Origin: an uncultured virus (IMG/VR IMGVR_UViG_3300011006_000550)
Lineage: Duplodnaviria; Heunggongvirae; Uroviricota; Caudoviricetes
Virus record (IMG/VR): IMGVR_UViG_3300011006_000550
DNA: 64,000 nucleotides
Reading direction: 5' to 3' (one strand)
Both the position numbers and the translations under genes were made by a program. A model generated the notes under the pieces. That model was not told where the DNA came from. It saw nothing but the letters and a program-made list of their open reading frames with translations, and did not search any database. Position 1 is the stretch's first letter. Every line of letters starts with the position of its first letter. Shown in pieces: positions 1 through 7,831 of this stretch.

Positions 1-204
1 ATGGAGCAAATAAAAATCGTAAAATCTACAGATGTAACGCAAACTTTGTTGGCAATTCCCGTAAATCAGCCAACATTTTGTCCAAATCGGCTCATTGCAT
101 CGCAAGTTGTGCGCTCTACGGTCAGCCGTCTCAAATCACAGGAAAAGGGTGATTATGTGGTCGAAGTTCATGGTGATGGTGTACTTATAACACGAAAGTG
201 GTAG
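1..204 (+). CDS. small hypothetical protein, possibly a DNA-binding regulator
   Basis: 67-aa ORF at the window edge, first gene of the rightward arm; no diagnostic motif. Confidence 0.45.
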   Translation: MEQIKIVKSTDVTQTLLAIPVNQPTFCPNRLIASQVVRSTVSRLKSQEKGDYVVEVHGDGVLITRKW

Positions 205-260
205 TTATAAAACTAATCTTTACGTAAAAGGAACATTACAATTCACATAAAGATTTTATT

Positions 261-944
261 ATGAAACAGACAAACAATAATCAGACAGATTTCTTGCTCA
301 ATGCTTTTGAGCGTATCAACAAGTCTTCTCAAGAAGCCATTGACTTTATGCGTAACAAAAAGAATATGCAAGAAAAGGCAGGCCCACAGCCACAGGCTAT
401 TGACCTCGGCCTTCCTTCTGGTACACTTTGGGCTGACCGTAACGTTGGCGCAACATCACCAGAAGATGTTGGCTTGTATTTCTCTTGGGGTAATGTAGAA
501 GGTCATGCTTTTGGTACTGACTATGACTTCTACGGAGATTACGACAACACTCCTGGTTCAAAACTTCGTTCTGACATTGACGCAGAGCATGACGCAGCGA
601 CAGCCAATCTCGGTGAGCCATGGAGAATGCCAACAAAAGAAAATTTCGTTGAGCTTTACGAAAATTGTACGCATGAGTTCTGTTCTCTTAATTGCTATAG
701 AGGAATGAAGTTCACTTCTAAGATCAACGGCAACTCTATATTCTTCCCTTGCTCCGGCTACGGCCATGGCTCGTCTTGGAACCTCCGCGGCGGCAATGGC
801 CACTACTGGTCTGCATCGTTCTACTCGGCAGTCTACGCTCGGTACTTGGACTTCAACAGTGGCGGTGTCGGCCCGCAGGACATCAACTACCGGTACTACG
901 GCTTCGCGGTGCGCCCGGTTCAGACTTCTTTCGCCAAAAAGTAA
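261..944 (+). CDS. DGR target protein 1 (remote); DLGLPSG-type domain with C-terminal variable region, probably CLec-like
   Basis: DLGLPSGTLWADRNVGA...WRMPT...SIFFPCSG...GFAVRPV; 3' end matches the template repeat except at adenines. Confidence 0.9.
   Translation: MKQTNNNQTDFLLNAFERINKSSQEAIDFMRNKKNMQEKAGPQPQAIDLGLPSGTLWADRNVGATSPEDVGLYFSWGNVEGHAFGTDYDFYGDYDNTPGSKLRSDIDAEHDAATANLGEPWRMPTKENFVELYENCTHEFCSLNCYRGMKFTSKINGNSIFFPCSGYGHGSSWNLRGGNGHYWSASFYSAVYARYLDFNSGGVGPQDINYRYYGFAVRPVQTSFAKK
741..923 (+). repeat. DGR variable repeat VR1
   Basis: 183-bp ungapped match to the reverse complement of 21753-21935 with 13 mismatches, all at template A (8 T, 3 C, 2 G). Confidence 0.96.
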
Positions 945-950
945 CCCATT

Positions 951-999
951 CAAAGTCAGCCCCAAGCCACTCCCCAAGAGTGGCCCAAGGCTGACTTTG
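951..999 (+). promoter_or_regulatory. post-VR1 two-stem hairpin (candidate DGR target-recognition element)
   Basis: CAAAGTCAGCC-ccaa-GCCACTC-cccaa-GAGTGGC-ccaa-GGCTGACTTTG. Confidence 0.8.
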
Positions 1000-1016
1000 C
1001 AAAACAGCACCGAAAT

Positions 1017-1238
1017 ATGAAACTGTGCAAGGTAGATACTCACAGACTCTGGCTGAGTAACAGAGAAGCAGCCAAATATCTCGGAGTCAGCAAAGACTGG
1101 CTCAAGGATCGTCGTCTCGATGGCACACTGCATTACTCGAAGGTCGGAAACACAATCTTCTACATCAAGTCGGAGATTGATAATCTGATCAGAGAAGGTG
1201 CAGTGTCAGGAAAAGACTTATTCAAACATACATCATAA
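1017..1238 (+). CDS. excisionase-like helix-turn-helix protein
   Basis: WLSNREAAKYLGVSKDWL...YSKVGNTIFYIKSEID matches the MerR/Xis-type HTH pattern. Confidence 0.8.
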   Translation: MKLCKVDTHRLWLSNREAAKYLGVSKDWLKDRRLDGTLHYSKVGNTIFYIKSEIDNLIREGAVSGKDLFKHTS

Positions 1239-1344
1239 ACGAGGCCAAGAAATGTCGTGAGACATAGCCCTCAACCAATGACAAAGTAATAGTTCATAGG
1301 CTTGCAATGCCCGCTGAGACAGTTCGCATTGCTTTTTACAAAAT

Positions 1345-1530
1345 GGAAGAGTAGCTCAGTTGGTTAGAGCGCATGTTGATGGAAAGACGGGAGATCGACA
1401 ACTCCCCTGCGCGTAGGCATATCAGTCAGACCTACAAGCGGTAGTTGGCCTGAGATTGGTCTTGTGATAAGATAGAGGAGAAAATATTCCATCAATATGA
1501 GTGTCGCAGGTCCGAGTCCTGTCTCTTCCC
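1345..1530 (+). ncRNA. tRNA-like RNA with a ~100-nt insertion in place of the anticodon loop
   Basis: acceptor GGAAGAG/CTCTTCC, D arm GCTC-AGTTGGTTA-GAGC, T arm GCAGG-TCCGAGT-CCTGT, 13-bp stem CATGTTGATGGAA/TTCCATCAATATG enclosing 1385-1486. Confidence 0.75.
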
Positions 1531-1707
1531 CTCAACAAAAAGAGTTCTTTGACTTATTGATACAACAAAGATACGAAAGAAGTTAGGATGAAATTGATTC
1601 ATCAAGTTTTTAACCCAATATAAGCCCTGAAAAGGACAGGGCGGGGTGAAAGTCCCCACGAACGAGTTATACCAAATTGCAATACTGCCCCTCTTGTAGG
1701 GGCAATC

Positions 1708-1811
1708 GGGAACATAGCTCAGTGGTAGGAGCCGCAGGAAAAAGCTGTTGATGTTTGCCATATAAAACAAGATACCTGTGTGTGTCGGTGGTTCGATTCC
1801 ACCTGTTCCCT
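1708..1811 (+). ncRNA. tRNA-like RNA with an enlarged (~36 nt) anticodon loop
   Basis: acceptor GGGAACA/TGTTCCC, D arm GCTC-AGTGGTAG-GAGC, stem CGCAGG/CCTGTG, T arm GGTGG-TTCGATT-CCACC. Confidence 0.75.
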
Positions 1812-1830
1812 CTAAACCTAATTAAAGAAT

Positions 1831-2001
1831 ATGCAGATGGAGATCCCTATTTCAAAGACCAATTTTGAGAAGATGATGATTCTCATAGACAAAGCCTGTA
1901 CGATCATCAAGTCAGGCAATCCGAAGCCGAAGGAGTACAACGTGGCCCGCCAGCTATATCAAATCAAGAAGCAAATCGAGAAAAAGAATGGCAAAGGATG
2001 A
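1831..2001 (+). CDS. small hypothetical protein (56 aa; not in the ORF track)
   Basis: MQMEIPISKTNFEKMMILIDK...KKNGKG; AT-rich leader, overlaps the start of the next gene. Confidence 0.55.
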   Translation: MQMEIPISKTNFEKMMILIDKACTIIKSGNPKPKEYNVARQLYQIKKQIEKKNGKG

Positions 2002-2206
2002 AGCGCATTGTTGCATCGACTGTGCAAGGGCACAGATATTCCAGTATGACTTCGATCCGATTATTGCAGAGTGCTTCGATGGTCAGAGAAACGTAGCACG
2101 CTATCCTGTGCTCTGCAATAGCTTCAAAGGCTTGGAAACATTGGATAAGAAAGAAAAGAGATTCATACGCTGCATAGAGAATCGAAAGAAGAAAATCGGA
2201 TTTTAA
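1988..2206 (+). CDS. small Cys-rich hypothetical protein
   Basis: CxxC near the N-terminus; co-oriented in the operon. Confidence 0.55.
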   Translation: MAKDEAHCCIDCARAQIFQYDFDPIIAECFDGQRNVARYPVLCNSFKGLETLDKKEKRFIRCIENRKKKIGF

Positions 2207-2217
2207 CAAACAGATAT

Positions 2218-2973
2218 ATGTATGAATACGAAGAAACTTTATTCGGAGTGGATATGCGCCATCGGCCACCACTCACTATCATGCCAACAGAAGAGCATGG
2301 TTGGGGAGGCAGTCACGGAAGACTCGCCTATTCCCAGATGAATCGATCCCAAGAATGGAACTACAGCGAATACGCTGTGAGCACCATGGGACTGATGCCA
2401 AAGAATTACGTCATCGTCAATGCAAGCGAGGTGAACATTAATAGGGAATCAGCCTTGAAGGTCTGCAAGGGCCGTGTCGCTATCCCCGTTAAGGAGTTTG
2501 CCCGTCAGAAACGTCTCACTCTCAAAGAACAATGGGAGCTGATGAATCCGCAATGGGTAGGTACATTCTTTGGTAATCTTGGTGACGATCCATATAGGAG
2601 CCGGAGAAAGACGCTCGAAGATGCAATGTCCGAAGCCGTTGGTCAAAATCGCCTTGACGAGTTCATGAAACAGTTCTGGTCTGCAAAGCACGGACATAAG
2701 GCTGCAGTCGAACGACTTGAACGTAGGGCAACAGAACTCGAACGACGAGGCAAAGAACTCTACAGGGAATGTCTGAGGCTAAACAATCAGATCAGCAAGA
2801 TCGAGAGCGACATCAACAAAGGTCTGCTCGACTTCTATCATCTTCAAGGTCTCAATGCTCATGAGTATCTGAATGAGCTGAGAGCAAACAGACGTACTGT
2901 AAGATGGGAAAGTATTGAGGCTTCAAACAAGGCAAAACGAATTAGGGAATATCTTAACTCAATAACTTACTGA
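2218..2973 (+). CDS. hypothetical protein with C-terminal coiled coil
   Basis: 251-aa ORF tightly packed in the operon. Confidence 0.7.
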   Translation: MYEYEETLFGVDMRHRPPLTIMPTEEHGWGGSHGRLAYSQMNRSQEWNYSEYAVSTMGLMPKNYVIVNASEVNINRESALKVCKGRVAIPVKEFARQKRLTLKEQWELMNPQWVGTFFGNLGDDPYRSRRKTLEDAMSEAVGQNRLDEFMKQFWSAKHGHKAAVERLERRATELERRGKELYRECLRLNNQISKIESDINKGLLDFYHLQGLNAHEYLNELRANRRTVRWESIEASNKAKRIREYLNSITY

Positions 2974-2976
2974 GCT

Positions 2977-3690
2977 ATGCTTCTACCGACAATGACACAT
3001 GAGGAAGAGCGTTCTGAGATCCTGAAAGATCTGCCGAACGTTGAACGATGGGATCAGCATCGTTGGAAAGACTACCGCAGAATGTCTCTCAAGATGAAAG
3101 ACTTTCCTAAGTATGTCTTCACCGAGTATGTCAGTCCGAGGAAGAATCGTTGGCTTGTAAGCACTAAGTTTCGGGGAAAGGATGATTACTGCTCCACCTT
3201 TGGAGTGCTGCAGGTCCTGAATGGTTTGGTTTTGCACCAGGTGTTCTGTTCACTCTACGAAGATAAGTTCTCTACGGTTTGCACGTTCATTCCGCATTTC
3301 TTCGACAGATACCGCCAGTACAACAAGCTCGACATCAAGGGTATTCCACTGATAAAGCAGATGCTCAAAGATGACTGCTCTTTCAATCTTGATCGGACGC
3401 AGGAAATATCCGGGCGCAAGGAACTCGACAAAGAAAACAACGTCCACTGTTGCATGCGTCAGGGAGTCGGACTTGGATATGAACTGGGACACAGACACTA
3501 TCTGATAAAGACATTTGTGACATACGATATGGCGCGTGGCCGTCAGAAGAAAATCTTCGAGGCTACACGCGATGACTTTTCAAGGAAACTAACCGACAAG
3601 CCACAGCCAGTACCGAGGCTTGGCCAGTCGTCTTTCCTGCTCTCAGAAGAAGAAATAAAGAAAGCCATGAAGAAATATGGCAAATTATAA
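2977..3690 (+). CDS. hypothetical protein
   Basis: 237-aa ORF starting 3 bp after the previous stop. Confidence 0.7.
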   Translation: MLLPTMTHEEERSEILKDLPNVERWDQHRWKDYRRMSLKMKDFPKYVFTEYVSPRKNRWLVSTKFRGKDDYCSTFGVLQVLNGLVLHQVFCSLYEDKFSTVCTFIPHFFDRYRQYNKLDIKGIPLIKQMLKDDCSFNLDRTQEISGRKELDKENNVHCCMRQGVGLGYELGHRHYLIKTFVTYDMARGRQKKIFEATRDDFSRKLTDKPQPVPRLGQSSFLLSEEEIKKAMKKYGKL

Positions 3691-3716
3691 GTTTAACAAT
3701 TCTAATTCAACAGCTT

Positions 3717-4089
3717 ATGCAAAGAGTATTAGGACAGGACATCAAGGATTTGGAAGAGAGGAAAAATTTCCTCATTGACAATGCTGATGGTGTCGAAGAA
3801 ATGGACTACCACAAGTCCTATGAGTCTGAGGAATCAGATCTCTGATTTCAAGGAAGAAATCAACAAGGAACTAAAGCCTCTCAAGGAGGAAGTGAAGAAT
3901 CTCCGTGAAGATCTCAAGTCAAAGGGCCGAACGGTCCATGAGAAGGTCTATCGTTTCCTCGATGAACAGGAACGCATGGTTGGCTTCTACAACTCCGAGG
4001 GAATACTTGTTTCCTCACGTCCAGCACGTCGTGAAGAATTACAGAAGACTGTCTTCGCAGACTTGCGAAAAGAAGGTACTAACAATTAA
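3717..4089 (+). pseudogene. frameshifted or internally deleted phage gene (or assembly error)
   Basis: ATG at 3717 reads MQRVLGQDIKDLEERKNFLIDNADGVEEMDYHKSYESEE and stops at 3843-3845; the protein-like continuation QISDFKEEINKELKPLK...RPARREELQ is in another frame. Confidence 0.55.
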
Positions 4090-4100
4090 AATTCAAAAAC

Positions 4101-4850
4101 ATGGATCCAGAGAAACTGAACATTTTCTTCCCAGAAGGGAAAGACAAGGCAGAGTTAGTCATCCGTCAGGTGAATGACGAAGTAAAGAAAGAGCTTCCAA
4201 TCCTTGAGCCTGACAAAGTATCAATCAGTGGCAACATTACGGCCATCTTCGATTTCCTTGAGAAACGTTGGAATGCAGAAGACAAGCAGATCGACCACTG
4301 CCGTACCCACATTCTTGTTGATCGCGACAATCTCATGATGACTCTTATTGTCAATGAGACTGACTCACGCAACAAGAAGAATGTGGTCGGCACCATTCAG
4401 CTCTCTCGCCAGTACACTGCTTTTGGTGTCAATAAGAAGTTGTGGGAGTCAACTGAACTCGGAAACTTCTTCCGCATCAACCGCTCGTACTTCGAGAAGA
4501 AGGAAACTAATATGTCTCTTGTCAATCTGCTCAAGCGTTTCACAGCCAAGGTAAACACTGAGGTTGAGCGCGAAGAGAAGGATAACGGCTCGGTTACAGA
4601 CGTATATCGTAAGGTTGTCGATTCCAATCTTCCAGAGGCTTTCGCTGTTAGGATTCCTATCTTCAAAGGTTCTCAGCTGGAAGTATTCACTATCGAGATC
4701 ATTGCTCATGTCGAGGGAAAACATGCCGTGCTCGAACTGATTTCTCCTGATGCAGAGGCAATCGTTGAAGAAGTTCGCGACAAACTCATTGACGAACAGA
4801 TTGCAAAGATCCGAGAGCTGGCACCCGAGATCCCCATCATCGAGGTATGA
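4101..4850 (+). CDS. conserved hypothetical phage protein
   Basis: 249-aa ORF with good codon usage in the recombination operon. Confidence 0.75.
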   Translation: MDPEKLNIFFPEGKDKAELVIRQVNDEVKKELPILEPDKVSISGNITAIFDFLEKRWNAEDKQIDHCRTHILVDRDNLMMTLIVNETDSRNKKNVVGTIQLSRQYTAFGVNKKLWESTELGNFFRINRSYFEKKETNMSLVNLLKRFTAKVNTEVEREEKDNGSVTDVYRKVVDSNLPEAFAVRIPIFKGSQLEVFTIEIIAHVEGKHAVLELISPDAEAIVEEVRDKLIDEQIAKIRELAPEIPIIEV

Positions 4851-5023
4851 GAAGGGACGGCCAGTATTACTATGCCCCACATCGCAGTATGTGGGGCATT
4901 TGGAAACACCATGAAGACGGCAACGGCTGCAGTCATGGTGATTTCCTAAAAGATGTACCAACTAAAGAAGAAGCGTCCAAAGAGGTCTATCGCCTCAACG
5001 GATGGAAACCAAAAACAAATTAA
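4847..5023 (+). CDS. small hypothetical protein (58 aa; not in the ORF track)
   Basis: ATGA overlap with the upstream stop; MRRDGQYYYAPHRSMWGIW...EVYRLNGWKPKTN. Confidence 0.6.
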   Translation: MRRDGQYYYAPHRSMWGIWKHHEDGNGCSHGDFLKDVPTKEEASKEVYRLNGWKPKTN

Positions 5024-5026
5024 TGA

Positions 5027-5902
5027 ATGGATAACATTTTAGAAACATTGAAGACTGCTTCACATGAGCAGATTCCAGACATCGCACACGAGAAGTTTGT
5101 GGCTGTCTATTCGCAGAAGTTCGGTCCTGAGAAGGCCGAGGCATTCTTTGAAGAGCAGAAGAATCTCTTCATCAATGAGCTTGTATATGGATCATACAAG
5201 GATTTCTTGAAGCAAGCAGATGGAATGTCTATCTACTTTGCTTTCCTGTTCCTGGCTATCAACGGCCTGTCTCTCGAAAAAGGTACGACCACCACTTGTT
5301 ACCTTGAGTGCCGCCGCATCAAGATTGGCGAGGATCCGAATCGCAAGAATGCCAAAGGCTATCCCGAAGCGATCTATCAGTCTAACGCTGTCATCACCAT
5401 CACGGGCTACGGTGAAATTATCCTTCGTCAGCGGGCCAAGCAGATCCGCTCTGTTGACTCCCCGAAAGTCGTTTACGACTGCGACACGTTCCGCTATGGT
5501 GAGAACGATGGCCATCCTACGCTGACATGGGAGAAATGCCTACCACGTCCGCAAGGTTCAAGGATCGTCGCCTGTTATGTCCGCATCATCAAGAACGATG
5601 GTTCCGTTGACTATTTTGTTCTTGACACTGACGAGATCCAGCGTCTCAAGCAGTACTCAGGCAAATCCAACTGGGGCAAGGCGAATGCGCTCTACGGTAA
5701 GGAAGAGGATTGTTCCGATATTGATACGGGATTCCTCAAATCCAAGACCGTAAAGCACGCTTTCAAGGGTTATCCCAAACTCAGCATCGGTGCCGGAGGT
5801 GCCTTTGAGTCTGATAAGGACATCGATCAGACAGAGCCGATGCCCGAACAGCCGCAGGGTGTTCAGACTGAGACTGGCGATATTGATCCATTTAACAGTT
5901 AG
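5027..5902 (+). CDS. RecT/Redbeta-like single-strand annealing protein
   Basis: AINGLSL...GYGEI...IRSVDSPKVVYDCDTF...KTVKHAFK pattern with an acidic tail; exonuclease two genes downstream. Confidence 0.75.
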   Translation: MDNILETLKTASHEQIPDIAHEKFVAVYSQKFGPEKAEAFFEEQKNLFINELVYGSYKDFLKQADGMSIYFAFLFLAINGLSLEKGTTTTCYLECRRIKIGEDPNRKNAKGYPEAIYQSNAVITITGYGEIILRQRAKQIRSVDSPKVVYDCDTFRYGENDGHPTLTWEKCLPRPQGSRIVACYVRIIKNDGSVDYFVLDTDEIQRLKQYSGKSNWGKANALYGKEEDCSDIDTGFLKSKTVKHAFKGYPKLSIGAGGAFESDKDIDQTEPMPEQPQGVQTETGDIDPFNS

Positions 5903-5906
5903 TATC

Positions 5907-7112
5907 ATGGCAGAAAATCAATTACAGGTAATTGTTCAGCAATCTGCCGAGGTCACGAAAAATGTGGCCTCCATCAAGACGGACATCACCAACGCTATCC
6001 GCGAGAATAACACTTCTCTGCAGAACTGCATCAAGGCCGGTGAGGCCCTGCTTGCTCAGTCTGGTGAAATGTCCGACGAGCTTGATGCTCAGATTGCTTC
6101 TTTCATCAAGAAAGCATCTGTCACCCAAAAGGCAATGACAGAGCGACGAAAGGGTGTGACTCAGGTGTTCGACCTCGTAAAGTCTGGCTTCACGAAGATG
6201 GAGAATCTTCTTGATAAGAAGTCCGAGGAATCCATCATCTATAAGTTACAGAAGAAGCGCGACGAATACGCAGCCTATAAGCTCGAAATCCAGCGCAAGG
6301 AAGAAGAGAATCGCAAGCGACTGGCACGTATTGAGGCCGCTAAGACTCAGCTACACGACGATGTGATCTCTGTCTGCAATCAGATCGTGACAGAGAAGAC
6401 ATCACAGGCCCTCGACCAACTCAACGACAAATTCCGTCTTCTTACCATCGACAATGCAGAAGTCGTAAAGAAGGAGATTCAGGATTTTGAGACTAAGCTC
6501 GACCTCGCTCATATCCTCGCAGACCGTAAGCCGTCTGTCTCTCAGGAGGTATCGGCCGAAGACATTTCAGCTATCATGCGTGCCGCCTATAAGGAGTGTG
6601 CAGAAGGACTTATCAAGTCCTATGCCGACTCCGTTTCTCAGGCCAAGCAGGATATTCTTGATACCTTCGACTCTAAGATTGCAGAACTGCTGTCAATCAA
6701 GAATACAGCCGACGAAGAGGAGCGCAAGCGCAAGGAAGCTGAACTCAAAGCCGCCGAGGAAGCTGCTGAGAAAGAACGTCAGGCCAAGGCCGAGGAAGAA
6801 AAGAAGAAGCGAGAGGAAGAGGAACGTCTTCGCAAGGCGCAGTCTCAGTCTCAGTCGCTCTTTGACCAGACTCCAACAATTTCTGCACCTGTCAAGGCAA
6901 AGGTTTCACACCATATAGAGATTGATGATCCTAAAGGATATATCGCTATCATGCAGATGTGGTGGACTCATGAAGGTTCAACTTTGTCTATCGAAGACCT
7001 TGCTAAGAAACTTGGATTCATGGTGAAGGCTTGCGAAAAGTTAAAGAACAAGGAAGACGTTTCGGTTACTGATCCTAACGTCCACTATGTCGAAGACATT
7101 GTAGCTAAGTAG
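5907..7112 (+). CDS. coiled-coil protein of the recombination module
   Basis: likely start MAENQLQ at 5907; long E/K/A-rich heptads. Confidence 0.75.
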   Translation: MAENQLQVIVQQSAEVTKNVASIKTDITNAIRENNTSLQNCIKAGEALLAQSGEMSDELDAQIASFIKKASVTQKAMTERRKGVTQVFDLVKSGFTKMENLLDKKSEESIIYKLQKKRDEYAAYKLEIQRKEEENRKRLARIEAAKTQLHDDVISVCNQIVTEKTSQALDQLNDKFRLLTIDNAEVVKKEIQDFETKLDLAHILADRKPSVSQEVSAEDISAIMRAAYKECAEGLIKSYADSVSQAKQDILDTFDSKIAELLSIKNTADEEERKRKEAELKAAEEAAEKERQAKAEEEKKKREEEERLRKAQSQSQSLFDQTPTISAPVKAKVSHHIEIDDPKGYIAIMQMWWTHEGSTLSIEDLAKKLGFMVKACEKLKNKEDVSVTDPNVHYVEDIVAK

Positions 7113-7113
7113 T

Positions 7114-7779
7114 ATGGATCCGTATTACTCTCGAAGTGAGGTCAGCAACTCTGACCTTACTTCACTCAAACTACAGCTTCATCCTCAGTTGGATTTCGTC
7201 AAGCCGAAAGACAAGAAGAAAGCATTTCACCTTGGTACACTCGTTGATGGACTTGTCACTGAGCCTAAGAACTGCAACCATTTCCGCTATCTCGTTGGTG
7301 ACGAAAAGTACACCAAAGAGGAATGGGAGTGGGGAAAGAAACAGCTCGATAAGCTCCGCAAGGCTTCAACGAAAGACCAGTTCCTTGCTTTCGTCCTCGC
7401 TAATGCCGTTGGTCAGAAGGTCTTTTCAAATCCATGCCAGCACTTTGATGTGGGATGCTACAGCTTCTCTCTGCCCACCAGGTGTAAGTTCGACTGGCAC
7501 CTTGGCCTTTTCGGTGGCGATCTCAAGACGGTCACTGCCACCACGCAGGATCAGTTTGAGGCCGCAGTAGATTTCTTCGACTGGGACAGAAGCCGTGCAT
7601 TTTATATGGACCTCACTCATTCCCTTGATCCTCGTCTCGGGAATCAGGATTTCATATATGCCGTTTCAAAGACCACGAACAAAGTCTTCTTCAAGAAGAT
7701 TATCCGTGACGATGAAACCTACTTGAGAGGAAAAGAAAAGTATCTCGAATTAGCCTTCAAATATTGGCTATTCGTGTAG
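7114..7779 (+). CDS. PD-(D/E)XK exonuclease, RecE C-terminal/DUF3799-like
   Basis: YYSRSEVSNSDL...FHLGTLVD...RCKFDW...GGDLKT motifs; near the RecT-like gene. Confidence 0.75.
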   Translation: MDPYYSRSEVSNSDLTSLKLQLHPQLDFVKPKDKKKAFHLGTLVDGLVTEPKNCNHFRYLVGDEKYTKEEWEWGKKQLDKLRKASTKDQFLAFVLANAVGQKVFSNPCQHFDVGCYSFSLPTRCKFDWHLGLFGGDLKTVTATTQDQFEAAVDFFDWDRSRAFYMDLTHSLDPRLGNQDFIYAVSKTTNKVFFKKIIRDDETYLRGKEKYLELAFKYWLFV

Positions 7780-7831
7780 TCTCGTATGCTGCCGTGCTAC
7801 GGCAGCTCCTACAAACCAATTCTTATTTAAT

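Noticed and set aside
558..1133. Antisense and alternative-frame ORFs over the VRs and TR (558-1133, 749-994, 14570-15229, 14653-15189, 21742-21987, 21750-21983)
   Set aside because: They resemble each other only because they shadow the same GC-rich repeat; no independent gene signals.
1635..1662. CAGGGCGGGGTGAAAGTCCCCAC resembles the 5' part of an FMN riboswitch
   Set aside because: The remaining FMN aptamer motifs are absent and no riboflavin gene follows; kept only as a T-loop-like hairpin.
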